Source: Candidatus Hydrogenedentota bacterium
Lineage (GTDB): Bacteria; Hydrogenedentota; Hydrogenedentia; Hydrogenedentales; SLHB01
Length of the DNA stretch: 12,676 nucleotides
Assembly: GCA_034408725.1 (NCBI GenBank)
Contig: JAWXCN010000225.1
Span: 1 to 12,676, forward strand
Reading direction: 5' to 3'
In this document: in pieces, positions 1 to 8,398 of the stretch
How positions within the stretch are numbered: position 1 is the first letter of the stretch
How the letters are laid out: each line of letters opens with the position of its first letter
Translations under genes and position numbers: made by a program
Notes under the pieces: model-generated
Databases searched by the model: none
Told to the model about the DNA's origin: nothing
The model's input: only the letters and a program-made list of their open reading frames with translations

Positions 1-1
1 C

Positions 2-1462
2 AGCGGCGCGCCGCTGTGGACGTTCAATACCATCCCGCAAGACGGCGAATATGGCCGCGACACCTGGAGCGAACTCGAGCAGGGCGCAAACTGCTGGGGC
101 GGCATCGCCCTCGACGATCAACGCGGCATTGTGTACATCGCAACCGGTTCTCCCAAGCCAAACTTCGCGGGCAACACGCACCTGGGACAGAACTTGTTCG
201 CCAACTGCGTGATCGCGCTCGATGCTGTCACCGGCAAACGTCTCTGGCACTTTCAGGACGTGCGGCACGACGTCTGGGACCTTGATCTGCCCGCGCCACC
301 GATTCTCGTAACAATTGATTGGCAAGGCCGAAAAGTTGACGCCGTCGCGCAACTCACCAAGACCGGCAACACCTACGTGCTCGATCGCGTCACGGGGGAA
401 AGCCTGTTTCCGATTCGATTGCGCAGCGCGCCCGTGTCCACCGTGCCCGGCGAACGCACGTGGCCATATCAACCCGACATCGAATTGCCTGAACCTTTCT
501 CGCGCCAGCAGTTCACGCTCGACGATGTCACGGATCGCACCGAAAACGCTCACACGCACGTCATGAAGCAATTGGCGAACGCTGCCTACGGGTGGTTTCA
601 ACCGATGATCGAAGACAAACCCGTCGCCCTGTACGGATTTCATGGCGGCGCGGAATGGACCGGCGGCTGCTTTGATCCGAAAACCGGAAGGCTGTACGTG
701 TCCAGCAATCACCTGCCGTGGATCGTCACATTATTTCGACCCGATGAAGTAAATATCGACCCCAATGAGCCGCCCACCAAAGGCCGAGTCGTCTACGAAG
801 CCAATTGCATGAAGTGTCATGGCAGCGATCGACGCGGCGTCGGCTCAAACCCCCCATTGCAAGGACTTGCGCGCCGGACGGATGACGCAAAAGTTCTCGA
901 GCTTCTCAAAACCGGGCTCAACCTCATGCCCGCCGCGCCAGAGTTCACTGAGGACGAAAAAGTCGCGCTGCTCGATTACATTTTCCTGCGCGACGTGCCC
1001 GCGTCCGCCGTGCGTCCCGCATTAAATGGCGCGATGCCGCGCTACTCGCACAACGGCTACCCAAAACTGCTCGACGATGAAGGCTACCCCGGCTGCAAAC
1101 CGCCGTACGGCACGTTAAATTGCATTGACCTCGCATCCGGCAAACTTGCGTGGCAAGTTCCGCTCGGCGTTTATCAGGACCTCGCCGACTGGGGCGACGA
1201 CCAGACCGGCGCGGAGAACTTTGGCGGACCATCGGTGACAGCCGGCGGACTCGTCTTCTGCGCGGGCGCGGCAGACCTGAAAATCCGTGCGTTCGATGCA
1301 AACACTGGCGAGGTGCTTTGGGAGCACCCACTCCCCTTCGGAGGTTATGCACCACCCACCATCTACGAAGCCGGCGGCAGACAATACGTCGTCATCGCGG
1401 CGACCGGCGGCGGAAAACTCGGCACGCCCACGGGCGATTCATATGTGGCGTTTGCGCTATGA
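2..1462 (+). CDS. PQQ-dependent (quinoprotein glucose dehydrogenase-like) beta-propeller dehydrogenase with an internal cytochrome c domain; 5'-truncated by the window
   Basis: Frame is open from base 2 (SGAPLWTFNTIP...GANCWGGIALDDQRGIVYIATGS). PQQ-propeller motifs: NLFANCVIALDAVTGKRLWHFQ, HDVWDLD, GGAEWTGG, RAFDANTGEVLWE, GRQYVVIAATGGG. CxxCH (CMKCH) at 806-820 with a candidate distal Met (LMPA). Confidence 0.9.
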   Translation, partial: SGAPLWTFNTIPQDGEYGRDTWSELEQGANCWGGIALDDQRGIVYIATGSPKPNFAGNTHLGQNLFANCVIALDAVTGKRLWHFQDVRHDVWDLDLPAPPILVTIDWQGRKVDAVAQLTKTGNTYVLDRVTGESLFPIRLRSAPVSTVPGERTWPYQPDIELPEPFSRQQFTLDDVTDRTENAHTHVMKQLANAAYGWFQPMIEDKPVALYGFHGGAEWTGGCFDPKTGRLYVSSNHLPWIVTLFRPDEVNIDPNEPPTKGRVVYEANCMKCHGSDRRGVGSNPPLQGLARRTDDAKVLELLKTGLNLMPAAPEFTEDEKVALLDYIFLRDVPASAVRPALNGAMPRYSHNGYPKLLDDEGYPGCKPPYGTLNCIDLASGKLAWQVPLGVYQDLADWGDDQTGAENFGGPSVTAGGLVFCAGAADLKIRAFDANTGEVLWEHPLPFGGYAPPTIYEAGGRQYVVIAATGGGKLGTPTGDSYVAFAL

Positions 1463-1478
1463 TGAAAACCATCACACG

Positions 1479-2654
1479 ATGAAGAAGAAAACCGCCAGAC
1501 CGGCACGAGCCGCTCCCGTAGAGGCTCAGCCCAACGGCCTTGGCCCGTTGATTGCGGAAGTTCGCGGATTGATTCAATCTGCCCGACACGCCGCCGCCAC
1601 CACCGTCAATACTCTCCAGGTACTTACCAATTTCGAAATTGGCCACCGAATTGTCGAATATGAGCAGAAGGGCGAATCACGGGCCGAGTACGGTAAAGAG
1701 CTCTTAAAGGAGCTCTCTGTGCGCCTCTCGGCGGAGTTCGGCAAAGGGTTCTCTCTCACCAATCTCAAGTTGATGCGCCAATTTTTTCTCAATAATCGGC
1801 ATCGAATTGGTCAGACACTGTCTGACCAATCGCAACCAATAAGCCAGACAGTGCCTGGCCAATTCACATTTGAGCAGAAGCCCTCTGGGAAATTGGCCCC
1901 AGTCGCCTTTTCGCGGCCACTGTCTGCTACATCGGGCTTATCTTTTGGCTTAAGTTGGTCCCATTGCGTCCTGCTCATGAGCATCGAGGAATCTGACGAA
2001 CGCAGCTTCTATGAGATTGAAGCGGATTCGGGAAGCTGGTCGCTTCGCGAACTCAAACGCCAGGTAGCGTCATGCCTATACGAACGCCTCGCCCTTAGCC
2101 GGAAAAAGAACGAGGTGCGCAAACTCGCCGCCGAGGGCCAGATTATCTCCAAGCCGGAAGACGTGCTAAAGGAACCTTATGTCCTCGAGTTCCTCGGTCT
2201 CGACGAGAAAGCCAACTATACGGAGTCCGATCTGGAGCAGGCCATCATTGACCGTATCGAGCACTTTCTGCTCGAACTCGGCAAAGGATTTCTTTTTGAA
2301 TCCCGCCAACGCCGGTTCACATTTCATGAGGATCACTATTACGTCGATCTTGTCTTCTACAATCGCCTTTTGCGCTGCTACATTCTCATCGACCTCAAGC
2401 TCGACAAAATCTCGCATCAGGACCTCGGCCAGATGCAGATGTACGTCAATTATTTCGATTTGCACGAGAAGCTGCCAGAAGAAAACCCGACCATTGGTAT
2501 AGTCCTTTGCAAGCGAAAAAAGGACGCAATCGTTGAACTCACCCTCCCACGCGACGCAAACATTCACGCCCGCGAATACAAGCTGTACCTGCCTTCCAAA
2601 GAACTGCTGAAAAAGAAGTTGATCGAATGGACCAGTCAGCAAGAAAACGAATGA
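1479..2654 (+). CDS. YhcG/DUF1016 family PDDEXK nuclease-domain protein
   Basis: Typical DUF1016 N-domain (EIGHRIVE..RAEYGKELLKELSVRLSAEFGKGFS..NL..MRQF) and C-domain (LSWSH, WSLREL, KEPYVLEFLGL, ESDLEQAII, FLLELGKGF, VDLVFYNR, GQMQMYVNY, PTIGIVLC). ATG at 1479 chosen because the 1287 extension overlaps the PQQ gene. Confidence 0.92.
   Translation: MKKKTARPARAAPVEAQPNGLGPLIAEVRGLIQSARHAAATTVNTLQVLTNFEIGHRIVEYEQKGESRAEYGKELLKELSVRLSAEFGKGFSLTNLKLMRQFFLNNRHRIGQTLSDQSQPISQTVPGQFTFEQKPSGKLAPVAFSRPLSATSGLSFGLSWSHCVLLMSIEESDERSFYEIEADSGSWSLRELKRQVASCLYERLALSRKKNEVRKLAAEGQIISKPEDVLKEPYVLEFLGLDEKANYTESDLEQAIIDRIEHFLLELGKGFLFESRQRRFTFHEDHYYVDLVFYNRLLRCYILIDLKLDKISHQDLGQMQMYVNYFDLHEKLPEENPTIGIVLCKRKKDAIVELTLPRDANIHAREYKLYLPSKELLKKKLIEWTSQQENE
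1806..1893. repeat. Tandem degenerate 25-nt palindromes inside the DUF1016 linker
   Basis: Perfect 12-1-12 palindrome ATTGGTCAGACA-C-TGTCTGACCAAT at 1806-1830. Degenerate copies at 1839-1863 and 1869-1893. They encode IGQTLSDQ, ISQTVPGQ and FEQKPSGK. Confidence 0.75.
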
Positions 2655-3232
2655 CGATCGAAACTACGCGACTGCGTTTGCCGTTAATTTCGCTTCGGTT
2701 ATTCGATGCGTGCATCGCGGGCGACCGCGAAACGGCGGAGCAACTCGCTGGAGTCGCGATTCCCGACGATTGGTTGCAACGTCCCGAATACGCAAAAATG
2801 CGCCGTGACCAGTTGATCGCCGATCCTGTCTATGCGCCATGGTGCGTGCGAATGATCGTGTTGAAGGAAACAAACACCATGATCGGCCACATCGGTTTTC
2901 ACGCCCCTCCGAACCCTGAAGGGTTGCGCGCAATCGCGCCCGGCGGCATCGAATTTGGTTACACCATCTACGAACCACACCGCCGTCGCGCATACGCGAC
3001 CGAAGCCGCGATAGGGCTGATGCGCTGGGCGGTCACGGAGCATGGCATCCCGTCGTTCGTTGTCTCCGTATCGCCGCAGAACGTTGCATCGCAGGCGATG
3101 GCAAAAAATCTCGGATTCATTAAAGCCGGCGAACAAATGGACGAAGTGGACGGACTGGAAGATGTGCTTGTGCTCCGCGGAGAGCCATTGGAATTCATCA
3201 CCAATACAAGCGTCACCAGGAAGATTAGATGA
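2651..3232 (+). CDS. GNAT N-acetyltransferase, RimJ/RimL-like
   Basis: Motifs IETTRLRL, MIGHIGFH, EFGYTIYEPHRRRAYATEA and NVASQAMAKNLGF. ATGA start/stop overlap with DUF1016 at 2651-2654. Confidence 0.88.
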   Translation: MTIETTRLRLPLISLRLFDACIAGDRETAEQLAGVAIPDDWLQRPEYAKMRRDQLIADPVYAPWCVRMIVLKETNTMIGHIGFHAPPNPEGLRAIAPGGIEFGYTIYEPHRRRAYATEAAIGLMRWAVTEHGIPSFVVSVSPQNVASQAMAKNLGFIKAGEQMDEVDGLEDVLVLRGEPLEFITNTSVTRKIR

Positions 3233-3393
3233 GAGGCCGGTTCCCCCTACGCAGTGCTTTATAGTCGCCTGCAAGGATAATCATGAGGCACTAGGAGGAT
3301 CCGGCGGGGAGAATTACGAGGCGTTTCCCAGCGCTTTCGAACTGGAACCAACGCCGGCAATGCCATAACTCTTTAAGATGCCAAGACCAGAAT

Positions 3394-3521
3394 TTCCACC
3401 ACGAAGACACGAAGGTCACGAAGAAGGCAAATGCCATTCGGTTCCAATCAAAGGACCTCTTTCAATCGAATCGCTTTCATTCTTGGCATTTCTTCGTGTT
3501 ATTCGTGCCTTCGTGGTGGAA
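3394..3521. repeat. Inverted-repeat element built from CACGAA(G) units (REP/MITE-like)
   Basis: 32-nt arms at 3394-3425 (TTCCACCACGAAGACACGAAGGTCACGAAGAA) and 3490-3521 are complementary at 28/32 positions. Each arm has three CACGAA units. Lies between convergent genes. Confidence 0.8.
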
Positions 3522-3526
3522 TGTCT

Positions 3527-4417
3527 TTATGCCGTTTCGTCGTACACGATTGGGAAATCGTCGCCTTCAATGATCGCGCCTTCGTCAATCACGGGCGTGT
3601 GTTGCAGTAGCGGGTGTTTACCATCGGCGCAACGCGTTTCGGGATGCATGAAATTCAGCACCACCCCGCGGCGCGGACCATCCGATCTGTTGCCGTAAGA
3701 GCCATGCAAGGTCATCGAATCGTGAATGGAACATTCGCCTGCCTTGAGCAGCATCGGTTCCGGTTTAAATTCCGCGAGTTGTTCCGGCGTGAGCACCGTC
3801 TTGATCCCATCCATGTTCTCCAGCAACTGCAGTTTCGGCAATAACGGCCATTTGTGGCTGCCGGGTACATAGTGAATGCAGCCGTTATCAAGGGTCGTGT
3901 CATCCAACCCGATCCACACCGTCAAATGCCGCGACGGAATCGCGCGCGTCCAATATGAATAATCCTGGTGCCACGCAACGACGCCGGGATGCCGCTTGGG
4001 TTTGTAAAAGACCTGGTCGTGCCAAAACCGCACTTTTGGCGAATGCAACAGTTGGCCGACTGGCACCGCGATTGCCGGGTGATACAGAATATCGTGAAAC
4101 GCCTCATCAATGCGCCACGCGCCAAGGAAATGAAACACGTTCTGTTCCGGCGCGCTTTTCCACGCTTCGTCGATTTCGTACAGCTCGCCCAGTCGCGGGT
4201 TCTCGCCCGTGCGGATGCGTTCGAGCCCTTCCCGCAAGGCTTCGATCTGTTTGGCGTCCAGCACGCGCGGCCCTTTGATCACCCCGCGCTCGCCGAATTT
4301 CTTCACCAGCGCATCGCTGATGCGATACCGCTGTGCATCGTCCTTCGCGTTCAGCGCGGGAAAGAGCGTGCCCGCCATGCCGCGGTGCGTCCGGTATTCA
4401 ACGTGCGTCGTCGCCAT
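3527..4417 (-). CDS. Phytanoyl-CoA dioxygenase (PhyH) family Fe(II)/2-oxoglutarate dioxygenase
   Basis: HxD motif (DQVFYKP..WHQDYSYW), TVWIGLDD..NGCIHYVPGSH, and distal His in TLHGS..N.SD.PRR. GGAGGA RBS upstream. Confidence 0.92.
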   Translation of the reverse strand: MATTHVEYRTHRGMAGTLFPALNAKDDAQRYRISDALVKKFGERGVIKGPRVLDAKQIEALREGLERIRTGENPRLGELYEIDEAWKSAPEQNVFHFLGAWRIDEAFHDILYHPAIAVPVGQLLHSPKVRFWHDQVFYKPKRHPGVVAWHQDYSYWTRAIPSRHLTVWIGLDDTTLDNGCIHYVPGSHKWPLLPKLQLLENMDGIKTVLTPEQLAEFKPEPMLLKAGECSIHDSMTLHGSYGNRSDGPRRGVVLNFMHPETRCADGKHPLLQHTPVIDEGAIIEGDDFPIVYDETA

Positions 4418-4447
4418 GGCTGATTTCCTCCGTTGCCCAATCCATAA

Positions 4448-4476
4448 TTGTGCATAACGCGCGGCAGGCTTACAAT
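4448..4476 (+). promoter_or_regulatory. Putative sigma70 promoter for the hydrolase
   Basis: TTGTGC (4448-4453), 17-nt spacer, TACAAT (4471-4476), in the divergent intergenic region. Confidence 0.45.
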
Positions 4477-4540
4477 GCGGGGATTATGGGGACCTATACG
4501 ACGTATAAGATAGGCTGTAGCGATTGGGAGGAATCATCGA

Positions 4541-6805
4541 ATGATGTCACTTTTGCTCGTAGCGTGCGCTTTTGCGGCCGATCCGCAGGCGCTTGTGGGA
4601 ACCGCGCCGCTCACCATGCAGGGCGATATCCCCATGCAGATGGTCGCCGGGATCGACACCTATCTCAATCGCGCGCTTGAAGAAAGCGTCGCCAAACGCG
4701 CGGCACACTGGAACCGGGATTTCTCGTCGCACGAGGCGTACACCAAATCCGTAGAACCGAACCGTAAACGGTTCGCAACAATCATCGGCGCGACCGACAC
4801 GCGGCATGCGCCCAACATGGAAATCATTTCCACGCCGGGATCGAAGACGACACACGGAAACCTTGACGTGCGCGTGAATACCGTGCGCTGGCGCGTGCTG
4901 CGCGGTGTCGAAGGCGAAGGCTTGCTGCTCGAACCTACGGAATCCGTGATTGCGCAGATCGTCGCGTTGCCGGATTGCGACACCACGCCGGAAGAATTCG
5001 TTTCGCAGGAAAACATTGGGGACATAAAGCCCGGCGGGGGCGTGAAACATTTGGTGCAACTGGGATGTCGCGTCATCGTGCCGTCCCTAATCAACCGGGC
5101 CGACACCTACTCCGGCACGCCGGGATTGCGCATGACGAATCAGCCGCACCGCGAGTTTGTCTATCGCACTGGATACGAATTGGGCCGGCACATCATCGGA
5201 TACGAAGTACAAAAAGTGCTTGCCGCGGTTGATTGGCTTGCAGAGCGCGATCCCGGGCTTCCCATCGGCGTGTCCGGCTATGGCGAAGGCGGCCTCATTG
5301 CCTTATATGCCACGGCCATCGACACGCGCGTTCGCGCAGCCGTTGTCACCGGATATTTTGGCCCGCGGGAAGAGGTATGGGCTGAACCCATCTATCGCAA
5401 TGTGTGGTCACTGCTGGATGAATTCGGTGACGCGGAAATCGCCAGCCTCGTTGCGCCGCGCCCGCTCTATATCGCGACTCGGGAACTTCCCCGGGTGGAC
5501 GGCCCCCCGGAACCAACCGGTGAGCGGAATGGCGCGGCGCCGGGTAAGATCACGACTCCGGACCCGGCACTGGTCGCAACAGAGGTCGCGCGCGCGGCTG
5601 CACTAGTCGAGGGACTGCAACCACCGGCTGAGATTCTAGCGGTGAAGTCTTTGGGAAGCACAGACTCTCAACTCGAGCTTCAGTTGCTGCCTGGAATGGG
5701 TGTTGCAATGAGATTTAGCGGCATTTTTCGCACTACAAAGTTGGAGCTGCCCGAAAACGCGACTCGTGACAATCGCATGCAACGGCAAGTGCAGCAACTC
5801 GTTGATGACACGCAATATCTCATGCATCAGGCGGAGTTCCGCCGGAAGGAATTTTGGGCAAAGGCCGATGCGACTTCGCCGGAGACATGGGCTAAAACAG
5901 TCGGGCCGTACCGCGACTATTTCGATAAAGAAGCCATTGGCGCGTTGCCCGGAATTGAATTGCCGCCGAACGCGCGCACGCGACTCGTTTATGATCAGCC
6001 CACGTATCGCGGCTACGAAGTGGTATTGGACGTGTTGCCCGATGTGATTGGGTACGGAATCCTGCTGGTTCCAAAAGATATCGCAGCGGGTGAGAAGCGA
6101 CCCGTAGTTGTCTGTCAACACGGGCTTGAAGGCCGCGTGCAGGACGTCGCTGATCCCGCGGTGAATAGCGATTACTACCACCAGTTCGCGTGTAAACTCG
6201 CAAAGAAAGGCTTCATCGCGTACGCGCCGCAGAACCCCTACATTGGCGAAGACAAGTTTCGCGTGTTACAACGGAAAGCGAATCCGCTAAAGCTGTCGTT
6301 GTTCTCGTTCATCGTGCGGCAGCATGAACAGACTTTGAACTGGCTTGGCGCGCTGCCGTTTGTCGATGAAGAACGGATCGCGTTTTACGGACTCAGTTAC
6401 GGCGGGAAGACCGCGATGCGCGTACCCGCGCTGCTAGACGGCTATTGCCTGTCGATCTGTTCCGGCGACTACAATGAATGGATTTGGAAATGCGCGAGCG
6501 TTCATCATCCGCTCAGCTACGTCTTCACGGGTGAAGACGAAATGTGGGAATGGAACCTGGGCAACATGTTCAATCACGCCGAAATGAGCTGGCTAATTTA
6601 TCCGCGACCGTTCATGGTCGAACGCGGACATCATGACGGCGTCGGCTACGACGAATGGGTCGCCAACGAGTTCGCAAAGACAAAACGCCACTACGCGCTA
6701 CTCGGCTCCGGCGATAACGCGGTGATCGAATACTTCGACGGCCCCCACATGATCAACGGCGTAGGCACGTTTGAATTCTTGCACGAAAAACTGAATTGGC
6801 CGTAA
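4541..6805 (+). CDS. Secreted tandem alpha/beta-hydrolase (dienelactone hydrolase/esterase-like), two domains
   Basis: Short signal-like N-terminus (SLLLVACAFA-A) and GGGAGG RBS. N-domain elbow GYGEGG (5276-5293). C-domain nucleophile elbow GLSYGG (6389-6406) with C-terminal FDGPH His. Confidence 0.85.
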   Translation: MMSLLLVACAFAADPQALVGTAPLTMQGDIPMQMVAGIDTYLNRALEESVAKRAAHWNRDFSSHEAYTKSVEPNRKRFATIIGATDTRHAPNMEIISTPGSKTTHGNLDVRVNTVRWRVLRGVEGEGLLLEPTESVIAQIVALPDCDTTPEEFVSQENIGDIKPGGGVKHLVQLGCRVIVPSLINRADTYSGTPGLRMTNQPHREFVYRTGYELGRHIIGYEVQKVLAAVDWLAERDPGLPIGVSGYGEGGLIALYATAIDTRVRAAVVTGYFGPREEVWAEPIYRNVWSLLDEFGDAEIASLVAPRPLYIATRELPRVDGPPEPTGERNGAAPGKITTPDPALVATEVARAAALVEGLQPPAEILAVKSLGSTDSQLELQLLPGMGVAMRFSGIFRTTKLELPENATRDNRMQRQVQQLVDDTQYLMHQAEFRRKEFWAKADATSPETWAKTVGPYRDYFDKEAIGALPGIELPPNARTRLVYDQPTYRGYEVVLDVLPDVIGYGILLVPKDIAAGEKRPVVVCQHGLEGRVQDVADPAVNSDYYHQFACKLAKKGFIAYAPQNPYIGEDKFRVLQRKANPLKLSLFSFIVRQHEQTLNWLGALPFVDEERIAFYGLSYGGKTAMRVPALLDGYCLSICSGDYNEWIWKCASVHHPLSYVFTGEDEMWEWNLGNMFNHAEMSWLIYPRPFMVERGHHDGVGYDEWVANEFAKTKRHYALLGSGDNAVIEYFDGPHMINGVGTFEFLHEKLNWP

Positions 6806-6823
6806 CCAGCCCGTCGTTACTCC

Positions 6824-6897
6824 GGAGGGCGGGTTTTCTAACCCGCGATTGATTTGTTTTGTTCAGAAATGGCGGGTTAGAAAACCCGCCCTCCTAC
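6824..6897. repeat. GTAG-type REP doublet (REPIN-like) between convergent genes
   Basis: Perfect 23-bp inverted repeat at 6824-6846 and 6872-6894. Each arm is itself a hairpin (GCGGGTT-N4-AACCCGC). The right arm reads GTAGGAGGGCGGGTTTTCTAACCCGCC on the minus strand. Confidence 0.8.
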
Positions 6898-7868
6898 AAG
6901 ATCAACACCGGTTTCCCCAAACACTTCCGCGTCTCGATGGATTCGAGCGCGTCTGGCAATTCTTCGAGGGGATACTCGCGCGAGACCACCGGTTTGATCT
7001 TGCCGTCGTTGTACAGGCCATAGAGGATGTCTTGTGTCTCGACGACCAGCGCGGGATTCCGCGTCTGGTACGCGCCCCAGAACAAGCCAAGCACGCCGAA
7101 GTTTTTCACGAGCATGCGGTTCGCCGCGATTGTAGGGATGCGTCCCGCGGCGAAACCAATGACGATAAGGCGCCCTTCAAACGCCACGCACTTCGTGCTC
7201 GAATCAAACACATCGCCGCCAACGGGATCGATGATGACGTCCGCGCCGCGTCCTTGCGTGATGTCTTTCACTGCTGCAACAAAATCGCCGGTGCGATAGT
7301 TGATCGCGTGGTGCGCGCCGCATTGCTTGCACAGAGCGGCTTTGTCATCCGCGCCGGCCGTCGCGATGACATTGGCGCCAAGCGCCAAGGCAAGCTGTAT
7401 CGACGCCGTGCCCACGCCGCCGGCACCGCCATGAACGAGCACCCATTCGCCCGGCTTCAGTTGCGCGCGATGCACCAGCGCGAAGTACGACGTTTGATAG
7501 TTGATCGTGAACGCCGCCGCTTCCGCGAAAGACATTGCATCGGGAATCGCATACGAAACCTGGTCCAGCGCAAGCATGTGTTCCGCGAACGCGCCCATCA
7601 GATTCACCGTAACAACGCGATCGCCTACCTTAAAGCGCGAAGTTTTTCCCGACTCCGAAACGACGCCCGCCGCCTCGCTCCCCGGCACGAACGGCAACGG
7701 CGCTTTCATCTGGTAGTTACCGGAAATGTTCAACAAGTCAGCATACATCACGCCCGCGGCCTTCACGTCGATCACCGCGGATTCGCCTTCTGCCTCTGGC
7801 GCGTCGGCCTGCGCAAGCTGCAACGCCGTCTTGTACGGACCGAATTGATTGACCACCCATGCGCGCAT
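6894..7868 (-). CDS. NADPH:quinone oxidoreductase family (zeta-crystallin/MDR) protein
   Basis: Motifs GNYQMKAPLPFVPGSEAAGVV, LVHGGAGGVG (Rossmann), GRGADVIIDPVGG and GRLIVIGFAAG. ATG at 7868 (MRAWVV) chosen because the longer ORF overlaps the toxin gene. Confidence 0.93.
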   Translation of the reverse strand: MRAWVVNQFGPYKTALQLAQADAPEAEGESAVIDVKAAGVMYADLLNISGNYQMKAPLPFVPGSEAAGVVSESGKTSRFKVGDRVVTVNLMGAFAEHMLALDQVSYAIPDAMSFAEAAAFTINYQTSYFALVHRAQLKPGEWVLVHGGAGGVGTASIQLALALGANVIATAGADDKAALCKQCGAHHAINYRTGDFVAAVKDITQGRGADVIIDPVGGDVFDSSTKCVAFEGRLIVIGFAAGRIPTIAANRMLVKNFGVLGLFWGAYQTRNPALVVETQDILYGLYNDGKIKPVVSREYPLEELPDALESIETRKCLGKPVLIL

Positions 7869-7897
7869 TGCTTTTACCCCAAATAATTGGTTAGTTA

Positions 7898-8152
7898 TTA
7901 AAACTTGTCGTACCGTTCGTGCGTCCCGATCCAGAGCCAAATAAAGGATTCTCCATCGCGAAACTTGCCGATCGCCCGATAGTGCGCGCCGATCCGAACA
8001 GACCAGAGATCATCATGAATCGGTTTGAACCGCAACGATGGATGTCGGGGATTGGCCTGCCACAGGTGGAAGTTTTTATCGGCAAGCGCTCGTATTTCCG
8101 ATGGCAGCGATTTGTAAAACTCCCAGAATCGTGCGCTGGCGAGACTTTTCAC
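7898..8152 (-). CDS. RelE/ParE-like type II toxin
   Basis: 84 aa with FW..Y..LP..IR..ADKNF.LW..NP.HPSLRFK..WSVRIG..YRA.G...WLWIGTHE.YD, a pattern typical of ParE-like toxins. GTGA overlap with the upstream acidic ORF. Confidence 0.85.
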   Translation of the reverse strand: MKSLASARFWEFYKSLPSEIRALADKNFHLWQANPRHPSLRFKPIHDDLWSVRIGAHYRAIGKFRDGESFIWLWIGTHERYDKF

Positions 8153-8349
8153 GGAAACGGACGTAACTTACCGCTGTCAAAGACTTCGTCGGCTTCCCGT
8201 GCCAGATCGGCGAACCTCCCAGCGCGCGCGTCCTCCTGCATCTCGCGGTCCCATTCGTCGTTTGGCCAATTCTGGAGCCAAGCGTTCAACTCGCACCGTT
8301 CCCGTTCGGATAGCGCTTCGATGGCTATTTTAATTTCTTTGAGGCTCAT
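8149..8349 (-). CDS. Putative antitoxin cognate to the ParE-like toxin
   Basis: 66-aa ORF (EI..AIE.LS..E..EL.AW...WDREM.ED..AGR...LA.EA) translationally coupled to the toxin. The start is supported by the paralogous copy starting at the same Met (9044). Confidence 0.8.
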   Translation of the reverse strand: MSLKEIKIAIEALSERERCELNAWLQNWPNDEWDREMQEDARAGRFADLAREADEVFDSGKLRPFP

Positions 8350-8356
8350 ATTCTGA

Positions 8357-8384
8357 ATCCTATCGCTGCACTGCGTTACAGCAA
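8357..8384 (-). promoter_or_regulatory. Possible TA promoter with an overlapping inverted repeat; would give a near-leaderless transcript
   Basis: Minus strand reads TTGCTG-16 nt-TAGGAT, 7 nt before the antitoxin ATG. An imperfect IR (GCTGTA-N6-TGCAGC, 8365-8382) overlaps it. Confidence 0.35.
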
Positions 8385-8398
8385 CCCCGGCAGGGGAG

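Noticed and set aside
1287-1478. N-terminal extension of DUF1016 in the ORF track
   Set aside because: It overlaps the conserved C-terminus of the PQQ gene in another frame and is not DUF1016-like.
3233-3390. Possible gene remnant (tail of ORF 3042-3368, with an AGGAGG near 3292)
   Set aside because: No recognisable motif and no suitably placed start codon. Left unexplained.
3394-3521. CRISPR array
   Set aside because: The units are 6-9 nt and arranged as inverted arms. There is no repeat-spacer periodicity and no cas gene.
3378-3698. 106-aa plus-strand ORF
   Set aside because: It is a translation of the CACGAA repeat element plus the antisense of the dioxygenase gene.
6849-7886. 345-aa plus-strand ORF
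   Set aside because: Antisense shadow of the Qor-type gene.
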